64,000 bases of DNA from Methanoregula sp. (lineage in GTDB: Archaea > Halobacteriota > Methanomicrobia > Methanomicrobiales > Methanospirillaceae), in the NCBI GenBank assembly GCA_039698055.1, contig JBDKTL010000021.1, forward strand, positions 66,837 through 130,836, in the 5' to 3' direction. The notes beneath the pieces are model-generated. The model made no database searches. It was not told where the DNA came from and saw nothing but the letters and a program-made list of their open reading frames with translations. Position numbers and translations under genes: made by a program. This document shows positions 44,701 through 53,266 of the stretch, in pieces (the first letter of the stretch is position 1; every line of letters begins with the position of its first letter).

Positions 44701-44878
44701 GAACAAGAAGGTGCAGGACGCCCGCCTCGAACAGGAGAAGACGCTGCTGTCCCGGCAGATCGAGGCGACGGATGCGGCGATTGATACGCTGGTGTATGAG
44801 TTGTACGGACTGACACCGGTGGAGATTGCGATTATGGAAGGACAATCGCATTTGAATTTACCAAAGACGAACCAATAA
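41735..44878 (+). CDS. Type IIG restriction-modification enzyme (fused endonuclease, N6-adenine MTase and TRD)
   Basis: N-terminal D..F...VETKK nuclease, GVFYTP, ILDPACGSGSFL, GNPPY, TaqI-C-like TRD, C-terminal coiled coil IDTLVYELYGLT. Confidence 0.93.
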   Translation: MAVPEAIQKLVEKYSFHREAYLRGQEKYNETQLREDFTDPFFRALGWDVNNNKGFSEAYREVLHEEPIRIRGTTQFFDYTFRIGGTRKFIVETKKPSVRIKDDADAALQLRRYAWNAKLPLSILTNFEEFAVYDCTIKPENSDAANKGRIEYFTYSELPEKWEYLESIFAQESILRGSFDKYALSNKGKKGTAGVDDDILSEIESWRSDLAKNIAIRNTGLSVEELNSIVQRTIDRLLFLRICEDRGIEEYPTLHKLLEGEHTYARLCDLFRHADEKYNSGLFHFQQEQDSDELPDTLSLSVTIDDKTLKGVIKRLYYPETPYLFSVIPPAILGHVYEQFLGKVIRLTDGHQAKVEYKPEVKKAGGVFYTPQYIVEYIVKHTVGELVIGKTPREVAKIRILDPACGSGSFLIGAYQFLLDWHRDWYIANLVPVFKEKNSATDPAVLALLPEPAPKTKKKFVQVDLPIYKAGTNGDATRTRSDWRLTTAEKKRILLNNIYGVDIDQQAVEVTKLSLLLKVLEEENEENIEKQLKLFAERALPSLHDNIKCGNSLIGWDVMTPEMPAEEVKRINPFDWDTEFADIVKAGGFDAVIGNPPYVRQESLGPEFKEYAKKHYETYAGTADLYVYFFERGHKLLRKDGTFGIICSNKFMRANYGMNLRHFLSNSIKILQIIDFGELPVFQNAATFPAIFITQNTVIKEQSFEYAPIKTLNFNSLDNEIRNTRLLLDSKSLTGYNWIFQQTANLDIISKIKQKGIPFSRYTHSQIYRGILTGYNKAFFINQSIKDKLILEDKNSDEIIKPLVVGDDVRKYHIDYENRYLIFCRRGIDIKQYPAILRYLEQFKQELTPKPAGWKGTDWNGRKAGVYNWYEIQDAIEYHAEFNKAKIMWPEIAKESRFTFDDQKIYANAKVFFTPTNDLYLLGLLNSKLIWSFLKNICSVLGDSDNGGRLMLQKIYVEQIPIRTINFSDPADKARHDSMVTLVTKMLDLNKKVQDARLEQEKTLLSRQIEATDAAIDTLVYELYGLTPVEIAIMEGQSHLNLPKTNQ
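44626..44842 (+). repeat. R-M 3'-end repeat, copy 1 (inside the intact gene)
   Basis: Encodes INFSDPADKARHD...VYELYGLTPVEIAIMEG; near-identical DNA downstream. Confidence 0.9.
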
Positions 44879-44893
44879 TCTTCCAAAAAAAAA

Positions 44894-45934
44894 TTATTTT
44901 TTGCAAATAAAATGTTGAGACGTCTCACTTAAAACTGTAGCAATAACGTCTAGTGTATGTGATACTTCATTCGGTAAAATCTCAAGTTCGGAACCCGGTT
45001 CCAAGTAATTATGAGCCTTTTCAAGATATTTTTCATCTACAAGTCCAAGATTGTGTGTTAAAACGTGTCTTTTCAAAAATTGTTCTTCGAGGAACAGCCT
45101 ATCCTCTTCGGATATTTTTGAATAAATGTCATATTTCAAATCATCCAAAAAGAGTTTTTGAGCGCCATCGATTCGTTGAAAAGTCACTCGAATTCTCTCT
45201 TCTTTTTTATCTGCATCCTCTTTTGAAAAATTGTTATGAATGCCGTAAAGATAAATCCGTTTTAGAAATCCTTCGAAAATACCAACAACATCCTCTAATG
45301 CGTTTCCGATCATTCTTTGTGCGACGTCTGGCCCATATTTTGACTGTGAGTTCTCACTTTCCTTAATTAAAACATGAGTTATGTCCACATTTCGATTAAG
45401 ATGCAGAATTAAATTGCCTTGACCACAAAATGGACAATGAACGGAAATTCCATAGACTGCATACTGAAAACCGCAATTATCGCAAGTAACTTTGCGTTTC
45501 AATTTTTCTTCGGTGTAGAATCTAACATTGGGAAGGGACCCTGGTTCAAACGATATTTCTAAAGAAGAATTTGTATTTGACTCGGATTTAAAATCTTTTG
45601 CGACGTTTTCTAACATTGTTTGTACTGCAATCGCCATATCGCGATAGATCATTGATTCAATCCATTTGCCCTGTTCCATTGTTGGGAACTTTTGTATGTT
45701 ATCGACATGACCACAATATGGGCAAATGATTTCGACGTCAGACATTCTTTGCCCGGTTTTTAAAAATCCCTTGGGGATGTATCCACCTATCTGAAAATAT
45801 TTCGATCCACATTCGGGGTTTGGACATTCGCGTCCTACCATTCCATCTTCATTGGGTTTTAACGGGATTTCCATTTCAACAAGTGTCCCTGATCCGCTCG
45901 TTTGGTATTTTTTCATGTCATGAAATATTTCCAT
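44894..45934 (-). CDS. Multi-zinc-ribbon protein with C-terminal HEPN-like RxxxxH motif
   Basis: CPNPEC, CPYC, CDNC, CPFC; KRHVLTHNLG; AT-rich. Confidence 0.75.
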   Translation of the reverse strand: MEIFHDMKKYQTSGSGTLVEMEIPLKPNEDGMVGRECPNPECGSKYFQIGGYIPKGFLKTGQRMSDVEIICPYCGHVDNIQKFPTMEQGKWIESMIYRDMAIAVQTMLENVAKDFKSESNTNSSLEISFEPGSLPNVRFYTEEKLKRKVTCDNCGFQYAVYGISVHCPFCGQGNLILHLNRNVDITHVLIKESENSQSKYGPDVAQRMIGNALEDVVGIFEGFLKRIYLYGIHNNFSKEDADKKEERIRVTFQRIDGAQKLFLDDLKYDIYSKISEEDRLFLEEQFLKRHVLTHNLGLVDEKYLEKAHNYLEPGSELEILPNEVSHTLDVIATVLSETSQHFICKK

Positions 45935-45965
45935 AATTCCTCGTAAGATTGTTCGGATGAAAAAA

Positions 45966-46226
45966 TTAGGAAATGGTGTATTCTTTCCATGGAACCGCGT
46001 GGAGAGGAACGTTTGCCATAAATTTTGCAATATCCGGTCGTCCAAAATACGTTGGAATACCATTGGAATCTTGCGCCATTAGAACAACTGGCATTCTTGG
46101 GAATGCCGGTTGAAAATTCCGAATCGCATCTTCGGCCGTTGATCTGTTGTCCACAACATGTTTCTTCACAATAACAATAGCAAATGTGATTCCTTGTTCT
46201 TTGATTACAGAACCCTGAAATTTCAT
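45966..46226 (-). CDS. Small hypothetical protein (86 aa), upstream partner of the Zn-HEPN gene
   Basis: MKFQGSVIKEQGITFAIVIVK...PWKEYTIS, GGAGG RBS. Confidence 0.75.
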   Translation of the reverse strand: MKFQGSVIKEQGITFAIVIVKKHVVDNRSTAEDAIRNFQPAFPRMPVVLMAQDSNGIPTYFGRPDIAKFMANVPLHAVPWKEYTIS

Positions 46227-46334
46227 TTTACCCTCCCTATGCGAGATTATATTTGACATCAATATGATGGAATATATAGCAAACAGTATGGGGTGTGAAA
46301 ATGAATACTGCAGAAAAATCAAAATTTATTTGTC

Positions 46335-46562
46335 GTCAACTTCTCCGTACCGGTTGACAAAGCCCGGCACGACCGCATGGTTTCCCTCGTCACCCAGATA
46401 CTTGACCTGAATAAGAAGGTGCAGGACGCCCGCCTCGAACAGGAGAAGACGCAGTGGTCCCGGCAGATCGTGGCGACGGATGCGGCGATTGATAAACTGG
46501 TGTATGAATTGTACGGGCTAACGGAGGAGGAGATTGTGGTTGTGGAAGAGAGCGGGAAATGA
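46335..46562 (+). repeat. R-M 3'-end repeat, copy 2 (full length)
   Basis: VNFSVPVDKARHDRMVSLVTQILDLNKKVQDARLEQEK...VYELYGLTEEEIVVVEESGK*. Confidence 0.92.
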
Positions 46563-46996
46563 AAATCTACATGGATGTCTGCTGCCTGTGCAGGCCGTTT
46601 GATGACCAGGCCCTGGGGCGCATCCGTCTGGAAGTAACCGCCGTTCAGGAGATCATCCGGCGCTGCGCATCGCGGGAATATACGCTGGTCACGAGCGAAG
46701 CGATAACGGAAGAACTCTCAAAAATTCCCGATATCTGGAAGCGGCTTCGCGTGGAGAAGATCGTATCCGTTGCAAAAGAACAGGTACTCATTGACGAGAA
46801 TATAATCGCCCGTATGCATGAGATCATCGCAATGGGCGGAGATGCGATGGACTCGCTTCATATTGCCTGTGCAGAACGTGCCGGAGCAGTCCTTCTCACC
46901 ACAGATGACGGCATGATAACATTTTTTAAGTTGCATCAGAACATACAGGTACCTATAGAAAACCCGGTTACCTGGTTAAAGGAGGAAAACAGATGA
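46559..46996 (+). CDS. PIN domain (VapC-like) toxin
   Basis: KIYMDVCCLCRPFDDQ...E...DSLHIACAE...LLTTDD. Confidence 0.88.
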   Translation: MKIYMDVCCLCRPFDDQALGRIRLEVTAVQEIIRRCASREYTLVTSEAITEELSKIPDIWKRLRVEKIVSVAKEQVLIDENIIARMHEIIAMGGDAMDSLHIACAERAGAVLLTTDDGMITFFKLHQNIQVPIENPVTWLKEENR

Positions 46997-47202
46997 GCGC
47001 CCGAACATTGCATCAGATCCAGCAGGAAGGACTCGACGTGCTGGTTGAGAAACTTGGCCCCGACGATGCGATCCGGTTCCTCCAGATCTATGAAACAGGC
47101 CGCGGTGACTGGACAAAAGACCGGAAACAAATCCTTGAAAACGATCCGGATAAAATTATCAAAAGCATCATGGCGCGAAGAAAAAAAGTCCCGGCTCCAT
47201 GA
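46993..47202 (+). CDS. Putative antitoxin paired with the PIN toxin
   Basis: 69 aa, GLDVLVEKLGPDDAIRFL...GDWTKDR; ATGA overlap with the toxin. Confidence 0.75.
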   Translation: MSARTLHQIQQEGLDVLVEKLGPDDAIRFLQIYETGRGDWTKDRKQILENDPDKIIKSIMARRKKVPAP

Positions 47203-47255
47203 ATAGTTCTCCTCTTTTTTCCTGGCACATTCAGTTTGCTCCCTGTCCATGCCTC

Positions 47256-47486
47256 ATCCTCAGCTTCGCCGACCCCGCAGACAAAGCCCGGCATGACCTC
47301 ATGGTCTCCCTCGTCACGCAGATGCCTGACCTGAACAAAAAGGTGCAGGACGCCCGTCTCGAACAGGAGAAGACGATGCTCCATCGGCAGGTTGAGGCAA
47401 CGGATGCGGCGATCGATAAACTGGTGTACGAGTTATACGGGCTGACTGAGGAGGAGATTGGGATTGTGGAGGGGACGGAGAAATGA
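47256..47486 (+). repeat. R-M 3'-end repeat, copy 3 (full length)
   Basis: ILSFADPADKARHDLMVSLVTQMPDLNKKVQDARLEQEK...VYELYGLTEEEIGIVEGTEK*. Confidence 0.92.
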
Positions 47487-48061
47487 GAATATTGGAAATT
47501 ATCGATTTGCCTAAAAAAATTCTGTTTATGCTCTTCGCAATTTACGTAATTTCAGGAATAATATCAATAATCCTAACGCGCGGTTCTTTCTATTCAACTG
47601 GAAATTTTTGGAACTGGGGATTTCAAGAACCAATTTTGTTAACATTTCCCTCCGTTTTCATTTGCTTGACAATTATCTTTCTCGTTGGTGTATATGCTTC
47701 CCATCAAAAGACAAAGATCGGGGGTGTTCGATTTTCGGCGAGAAAAACACCTAAATATGGATCGGTTCCAATCGGAGATTTACCGTATGCTGACGTTATT
47801 TGGAAGATAGTTGGCTTAAAAGAATTTCCATGGGATTCACGAGAGACAATAACTCCTGAACAAATCGAAGTCGAAGACACTCCTCGCTGTCCTGAATGTG
47901 GTACTGAACTTACACAATCCCAGACATTTTTTAAAAAGTACTTGTGGACTTGTGTAAACTGCGGGTTCAAATTAAAAAATTCAAATGGTTTTTCCGTCGA
48001 AAAAGAGAGCGCAAGAAAAAAAGCAAAACGTCAATGGGAAATAAAAAATGACCCAACATGA
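47483..48061 (+). CDS. Two-TM protein with C-terminal zinc ribbon
   Basis: Two hydrophobic helices; CPECG...CVNCG; AT-rich. Confidence 0.7.
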   Translation: MRILEIIDLPKKILFMLFAIYVISGIISIILTRGSFYSTGNFWNWGFQEPILLTFPSVFICLTIIFLVGVYASHQKTKIGGVRFSARKTPKYGSVPIGDLPYADVIWKIVGLKEFPWDSRETITPEQIEVEDTPRCPECGTELTQSQTFFKKYLWTCVNCGFKLKNSNGFSVEKESARKKAKRQWEIKNDPT

Positions 48062-48068
48062 AATTGCC

Positions 48069-48125
48069 GATCTGTATGGATTGACTGATGAGGAGATTGC
48101 GATTGTGGAAGGGTGTGCGAAATGA
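48069..48125 (+). repeat. R-M 3'-end repeat, copy 4 (short remnant)
   Basis: Encodes DLYGLTDEEIAIVEGCAK*. Confidence 0.82.
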
Positions 48126-48439
48126 CCGGACATGAAAATAATCTGATAAGAAAAAGCACCGCAGAATTCCTGATATTTACTTCAACCGCCGGTGAAGAGT
48201 CGATCGAAGTCAGGTACGAGGATGCAACGATCTGGCTAAGCCAGAAGATGATGGCTGCGCTCTTTGATGTGAAGATTCCGACAATAAACGTACACTTAAA
48301 AAACATTTATTAGAGCGGTGAACTGACCCGCAAAGCAACTATGAGGAAATTCCTCATAGTTCGTACTGAAGGAAACCGCGACGTTTCACGGAATCTTGAA
48401 TACTATAGTCTTGATGCCTGGTATTGGAAGCCCTCTTAA
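48122..48439 (+). pseudogene. RhuM-family protein fragment
   Basis: EFLIFT...TIWLSQKMMAALF...NVHLKNIY*SGEL...RTEGNRDVSRNLEYYSLDA; internal TAG at 48311, then truncation. Confidence 0.8.
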
Positions 48440-48697
48440 AAAAAACAAATGATACACAACCGCTCCCCCTGTAATACCGGTTTCACTCAAAGCAGCGGGA
48501 GGTCTCCCCCAGCAAGAGCAACAACCAGAAAAAGGAGAAGAACCCTAACTCAGTAGTAAGTCCAGATGCCCGCCGCATGTTCCCTATGGCTTGATGCAGG
48601 ATTCAAAACCAATTACCTGTTCAGGATAAACACTCGGGAGATCATAACGTCGCACGGCGTTAGCAGATTAAAAAACCGCAAGTGAGGAGATAAAAAA

Positions 48698-49834
48698 ATG
48701 CCAGGAAAACCCGAAAAATCCAAAAGTCCGTCACCCGGAGAACCCCTCCTCCCCCTCGTCAAAGAAATCCGGGATCTGGTGCAAAGCGCACGCAGGACTG
48801 CCACACAGAATGTCAACACCCTGCAGGTCGTTACAAATTTCGAGATTGGCCGGCGGATCGTGGAATATGAACAACGGGGAAGCCTTCGGGCGGAATACGG
48901 GGAGCGAATATTCGATGAACTTTCACAACGATTGACACATGAAGTTGGGAAGGGGTTTTCGACGAGAAATTTGAGATACATGCGCGACTTTTATATCGAA
49001 TATCGCGAGACCGTACCCCAAATTCCCCAAACAGTGTCTGGGCAATTGCCGGCCAAAACACCGACTGATACGCCAATTATGCAGACACTGTCTGCAAAAT
49101 TGACACCCAATTTCACCCTCAGCTGGTCGCACTATATCGTCCTCATGAATATCGACAACCGGGATGAGCGCCGGTTTTACGAGATCGAATCCCAACAAAA
49201 CCAGTGGTCGCTTTCCGAGCTCAAACGGCAGTTCAACTCCGGAATCTATGAACGACTCGCGCTCAGCCGGGATAAAAAAGGAGTAAAAGCCCTCGCAGAT
49301 AAAGGACAGATCATCGGAAATCCGCAGGACGTGCTCAAAGATCCCTATGTTCTCGAATTCCTCGGGCTTGATGAGAATACGCACTACTCCGAGAGCGATC
49401 TCGAATCCGCCATCATCGATAAACTGGAAATATTTCTCCTGGAACTCGGCAAAGGATTTCTCTTCGAATCCCGGCAGAAACGGTTCACCTTCGATGCCGA
49501 TCATTTCTATGTGGACCTCGTCTTCTACAACCGCATCCTCCGGTGCTATGTCCTGATCGACCTCAAGATAGGAAAACTCACGCACGAGAACCTCGGCCAG
49601 ATGCAGATGTACGTCAATTATTACAACCGCGAGGTAAAACTCGACGATGAGAACCCGACTATCGGAATGATCCTCTGCAAGACAAAGAGCGACGCTCTCG
49701 TCAAACTCACCCTGCCGGAGAATGCGAACATCTACGCTTCCCAGTATCAACTTTACCTCCCCTCAAAAGAGGAACTGAAGAAGAAACTGATCGAATGGTC
49801 AGAAACTGCTCTCAACACTTCGGAGGCTGGGTAA
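48698..49834 (+). CDS. DUF1016/YhcG PD-(D/E)XK nuclease-domain protein
   Basis: EIGRRIVE, GFSTRNL, LSWSHY, KDPYVLEFL, LLELGKGF, VDLVFY, LIDLK, GQMQMYVNYY. Confidence 0.92.
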   Translation: MPGKPEKSKSPSPGEPLLPLVKEIRDLVQSARRTATQNVNTLQVVTNFEIGRRIVEYEQRGSLRAEYGERIFDELSQRLTHEVGKGFSTRNLRYMRDFYIEYRETVPQIPQTVSGQLPAKTPTDTPIMQTLSAKLTPNFTLSWSHYIVLMNIDNRDERRFYEIESQQNQWSLSELKRQFNSGIYERLALSRDKKGVKALADKGQIIGNPQDVLKDPYVLEFLGLDENTHYSESDLESAIIDKLEIFLLELGKGFLFESRQKRFTFDADHFYVDLVFYNRILRCYVLIDLKIGKLTHENLGQMQMYVNYYNREVKLDDENPTIGMILCKTKSDALVKLTLPENANIYASQYQLYLPSKEELKKKLIEWSETALNTSEAG

Positions 49835-49855
49835 CTCGTGATGAGGTTCAGGTTC

Positions 49856-49955
49856 GAAGCGACGGATGCGGCGATTGATACGCTGGTGTACGAGTTGTAC
49901 GGGCTGACACCGGGAGGAGATTGCGATTGTGGAAGGAAAGAACAAGAAAGATTAA
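49856..49955 (+). repeat. R-M 3'-end repeat, copy 5 (partial, 1-nt insertion)
   Basis: EATDAAIDTLVYELYGLTP/EEIAIVEGKNKKD*. Confidence 0.87.
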
Positions 49956-50036
49956 GCAATGAGAGGTTAAATCCAAAACAATTGATTTTACTTGAAAAAT
50001 TAAAATTATAATTCTTAAAAGGGCGGGAAGTCAGTA

Positions 50037-50951
50037 ATGGGCGAGATCAGGCTGTATAAATCATCTGGTAAATCTGTCACTGAACTTAAAGGTTCTTCAA
50101 TTTCCGTGGAAAAAACATTACAATCCTTTATCGAATCTCATCTAAATGAGATCCTTGGAGTCCGCTTCCTGAAGTCAGAACATTCAACCGGTAAAGTTCA
50201 TGGTGGACGAATTGACACGCTCGGGATTGATAGAAAAGGAAATCCGGTTATCATCGAATATAAAAGATCGATGAATCAGATCATCGTTATTCAGAGTTTA
50301 TCCTATCTTTCCTGGCTTGACGATCATCACGCCGATTTTGAACTGTTAGTCCTAAAAAAATTCGGGAAAGAAGTTGCCGATAAAATCAGATGGGAAAACC
50401 CGCGGTTATTGTGTATCGCAGCGGATTTTTTAAAATTTGATATTCAGTCGTTGCCGAGGATCCACTCCCAGATTGAACTCATCAAATACAAGAATTACCC
50501 TCCGGATATTTTCCTTTTAGAATGGGTAAACGAAACTTCCCCTGATTCATTTCCGTTACCTGCAAATGGCGATGAAGGGAAGAAAGTAATATCCTATAAA
50601 ACCGTTGAGGAATATCTCGCGGCCTGCAATCCCGATGTTCAGAACCGCTATAAATCCCTTAAGGCATTCACCGAAGGATTCGGTAATGATGTTAAGGTTA
50701 AGGTGTTGAAATTTTACATTGCTTTCAAACGAACGAAAAATTTCATGTGTGTAGAATTTGACCCGCTAACGGACGAAATAAGAATTTTCCTTAAAATCGA
50801 TCCAAAATCTATCAAAATCGAAAAAGGCTTTTCCAGGGATGTTAGCAATATCGGACATTATTCTACAGGCAATTTGGAATTGATAATAAAATCCGATAAA
50901 GATCTTGAAAAAGCAAAGCCATTCATAACTAATAGTTATAATAAGATGTGA
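50037..50951 (+). CDS. NucS-like endonuclease fused to DUF5655-like domain
   Basis: EKTLQ, GRIDTLG, VIIEYK, Q...Y; C-terminal YIAFK...RDVSNIGHY..G. Confidence 0.82.
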   Translation: MGEIRLYKSSGKSVTELKGSSISVEKTLQSFIESHLNEILGVRFLKSEHSTGKVHGGRIDTLGIDRKGNPVIIEYKRSMNQIIVIQSLSYLSWLDDHHADFELLVLKKFGKEVADKIRWENPRLLCIAADFLKFDIQSLPRIHSQIELIKYKNYPPDIFLLEWVNETSPDSFPLPANGDEGKKVISYKTVEEYLAACNPDVQNRYKSLKAFTEGFGNDVKVKVLKFYIAFKRTKNFMCVEFDPLTDEIRIFLKIDPKSIKIEKGFSRDVSNIGHYSTGNLELIIKSDKDLEKAKPFITNSYNKM

Positions 50952-50987
50952 TTTGGTCTCGCTTTGAATTTTTAATTAGTCAAGGTT

Positions 50988-51347
50988 TTACCTCGGCAGC
51001 CCCATCGGCGTTATTGCATCCGCCAGCAAATGGAACAGATATCCAAGGAAAAAACAGGATGCTAGATAAAATCCTGAAAACTCTGAAAAGAATGCGACCA
51101 CAAGGGTAATCAGTGCTGTTAAGCCAAACAGGAAAAACATTACAATGAGTGCCCCGACACTATGGAATAATCTCCGATGCCGGAAACTGGTTGCGGGTTC
51201 GATAATATCAGGAATAAGCGATCCAATTACAACCACAATTATTCCCCAAATCCACTGATTATTGATCGAACTGACAATGTGGCCGATAAAATAAGCATAA
51301 ACGAAAAATACAATGATCCCAATCCCTGTATGCTCTCCGGAATTCAT
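50988..51347 (-). CDS. Membrane metal-dependent hydrolase (YdjM-like)
   Basis: EH, GSLIPD, HRRLFHS, HLLADAITPMG. Confidence 0.8.
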   Translation of the reverse strand: MNSGEHTGIGIIVFFVYAYFIGHIVSSINNQWIWGIIVVVIGSLIPDIIEPATSFRHRRLFHSVGALIVMFFLFGLTALITLVVAFFSEFSGFYLASCFFLGYLFHLLADAITPMGLPR

Positions 51348-51424
51348 TTCTGGTTTTCATTAAAATCCGGGCAACATAAGGATTACGGCATGTGTTGTGA
51401 AAGTATCGGTGAATGGATAATTTT

Positions 51425-51961
51425 TTAATAAAACCTGAACCCCTCTCTCTTGAACATCTCCAGATGACTCAAACAAGGAATCCCGAGCTTCGCGCACACA
51501 TCCGGGATCTTCTCGATCTCAGCATCACGGAGGCCCGGGTTCCCGGCCAGTTTGCTCTTTTCTTCAGCAACGACAACAACCGTCCGGGGCTCGAAGTGGC
51601 TCTGCTTTGCCAGTTTCATCGCGAGGCCGATCACAAAGGGATCTGCATGATCCGGCTTCTGGGAACTTGCCTGTGCTGTCCGGATAAATCTGTTGACAAC
51701 AACACCGGTTGTTGCCAGTAATTCCGGACCAATGCTCACAAACATCCCGCTATGATCGTTCACCCAGTCCTTCAGATCGTCATCCTGCCGGTTGATCTCG
51801 CTCTTCACATATTCCGGGGCAACAATCCTGCCATCATGGATGAGCGCTTCGATATCCTTCCAGATGCCCGGAAGCATCTTCTCGGGATAGCGCTTGTGGA
51901 CTTCGATAAGAAAAGAAGTGTCTGCAACATAAAGAAAAAGGGGTTCACCTGATTCAGACAT
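51425..51961 (-). CDS. DUF4411 family PIN-like protein
   Basis: YVADTSFLI, VKSEI, ADPFVIGLA, KIPDVC. Confidence 0.85.
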   Translation of the reverse strand: MSESGEPLFLYVADTSFLIEVHKRYPEKMLPGIWKDIEALIHDGRIVAPEYVKSEINRQDDDLKDWVNDHSGMFVSIGPELLATTGVVVNRFIRTAQASSQKPDHADPFVIGLAMKLAKQSHFEPRTVVVVAEEKSKLAGNPGLRDAEIEKIPDVCAKLGIPCLSHLEMFKREGFRFY

Positions 51962-53161
51962 TTACGCGCCCATCGATTCCTGGAACTTTTCCAGATGACG
52001 GAGCTTGATATCGAGATAATCAAGGGCATCGCTGTTACTGATATGACCTTTCCGGACATTCTCCATGACAAGTGAGACATATCCGGCACCTTTTTCCGCC
52101 ACGCATTTCCGGTCCAGTGAAATACCGCCAAAGCTGCCCTCTTCCTCGTCACCGGCCTGTTCTTTCTTTTTCTTCTCCGCTTCCTGCAATGCGTATTCTG
52201 CACGCAGCTGATCTCTTCCCATAATGTATTGCACAGAGGAAATCTTCTTCAGCGTGAGCAGCCGCATCAGCCCGGCTTCCTTGCTGATCAGGAAGCGCTG
52301 CCGGATCGAACCTGCAGCCCGTAAATAATTCCCGGATTCAAGTGCATGAAGGATCACCGGGTTCTCTTCTATCTCCTTTTGGGGTGCAAGGAGCGCACCG
52401 GCAAAATGGTTGCACCAGCGTTCGACCCCGGAGTACTCTTCAAGATCGTTCTCACCCTGGTTACATACTACCGGCATATTCAGGAGAATATGAGCATATT
52501 CATGGAACAATGTAAAGAGCCGGGCACGATCTGCATCAGAGGAATTCACAACGATTACATATGGTTCACCGTCTGTAAGGGAAAAACCCCGGGCATCATC
52601 AACCGGCATCTTGATCTTTAAGACCGAGATGTTCTGGGACTCAAGCCATTCACGCCAGATATCAAATGCCTTTACCGGGGTTATGCCCGCCAAATCACCA
52701 GATATCCGGATACCGGAACGCTCACGTTCCTGTCGTGCTACTTCTTCGGGATCCTCTTTCAGAGTTCTGATCTTCAGGGAGGCTTTTGAAGGGAGGTTCA
52801 GATTGTCCGTCAACTCATGGTGGATCTCTTGTATCCGTCTCGCTTTGCGGATTGCCAGGAGTAGTTCTTTGGAATAGCTGGTGTCGGAATCCGGATGCCG
52901 CCGGAAATCTTTGGGAAGGTTTGGTTCTTCTGGAGGCTCTGAAAGAAGAAATGCCGCGAGAGGGCGGCGAAACATCTCGGAGAGCTGCTCAACTTTCGTG
53001 AGGGGGATTACCAGTTTCTCTGCCCCGTTGCACCATGACCTGACTACACGTTCTGGCACACCAAGTCTCTTGGAGATATCAGGAGGTGCAAAGCCCGAAC
53101 TAGCACAAAGCCACTGGAATACATCAGGTACAATGACAACATCGGGAGATGAGCGGGACAT
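51962..53161 (-). CDS. HTH + ImmA/IrrE (M78) metallopeptidase
   Basis: N-terminal XRE-like HTH, DFR, RGFSL, FTLFHEYAH, ERWCNHFAGALL. Confidence 0.9.
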   Translation of the reverse strand: MSRSSPDVVIVPDVFQWLCASSGFAPPDISKRLGVPERVVRSWCNGAEKLVIPLTKVEQLSEMFRRPLAAFLLSEPPEEPNLPKDFRRHPDSDTSYSKELLLAIRKARRIQEIHHELTDNLNLPSKASLKIRTLKEDPEEVARQERERSGIRISGDLAGITPVKAFDIWREWLESQNISVLKIKMPVDDARGFSLTDGEPYVIVVNSSDADRARLFTLFHEYAHILLNMPVVCNQGENDLEEYSGVERWCNHFAGALLAPQKEIEENPVILHALESGNYLRAAGSIRQRFLISKEAGLMRLLTLKKISSVQYIMGRDQLRAEYALQEAEKKKKEQAGDEEEGSFGGISLDRKCVAEKGAGYVSLVMENVRKGHISNSDALDYLDIKLRHLEKFQESMGA

Positions 53162-53225
53162 AGAACTATACAAGAGATTTTTTTATAATCTATTAAAAGA
53201 TACCCAGAGTTGACAGCGTGAAAGT

Positions 53226-53266
53226 GATCGCATGATTGCTCTCGTCACTCAGATACTCGATTTGAA
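53226..53266 (+). repeat. R-M 3'-end repeat, copy 6 (short remnant)
   Basis: gatcgcatgattgctctcgtcactcagatactcgatttgaa = DRMIALVTQILDL, compare DRMVSLVTQILDL in copy 2. Confidence 0.75.

Noticed and set aside
46377-47486. 61-aa and 95-aa ORFs (46377-46562, 47199-47486) as independent genes
   Set aside because: They are copies of the R-M C-terminus and are treated as repeats; translation as coupling peptides is not excluded
48311-48313. Pyrrolysine read-through of the in-frame TAG in the RhuM-like gene
   Set aside because: The gene is truncated shortly afterwards anyway, a GAG-to-TAG change explains it, and no pyl genes are in the window
44626-53266. Invertible TRD shufflon
   Set aside because: All repeats are direct, there are no silent TRDs and no invertase is present
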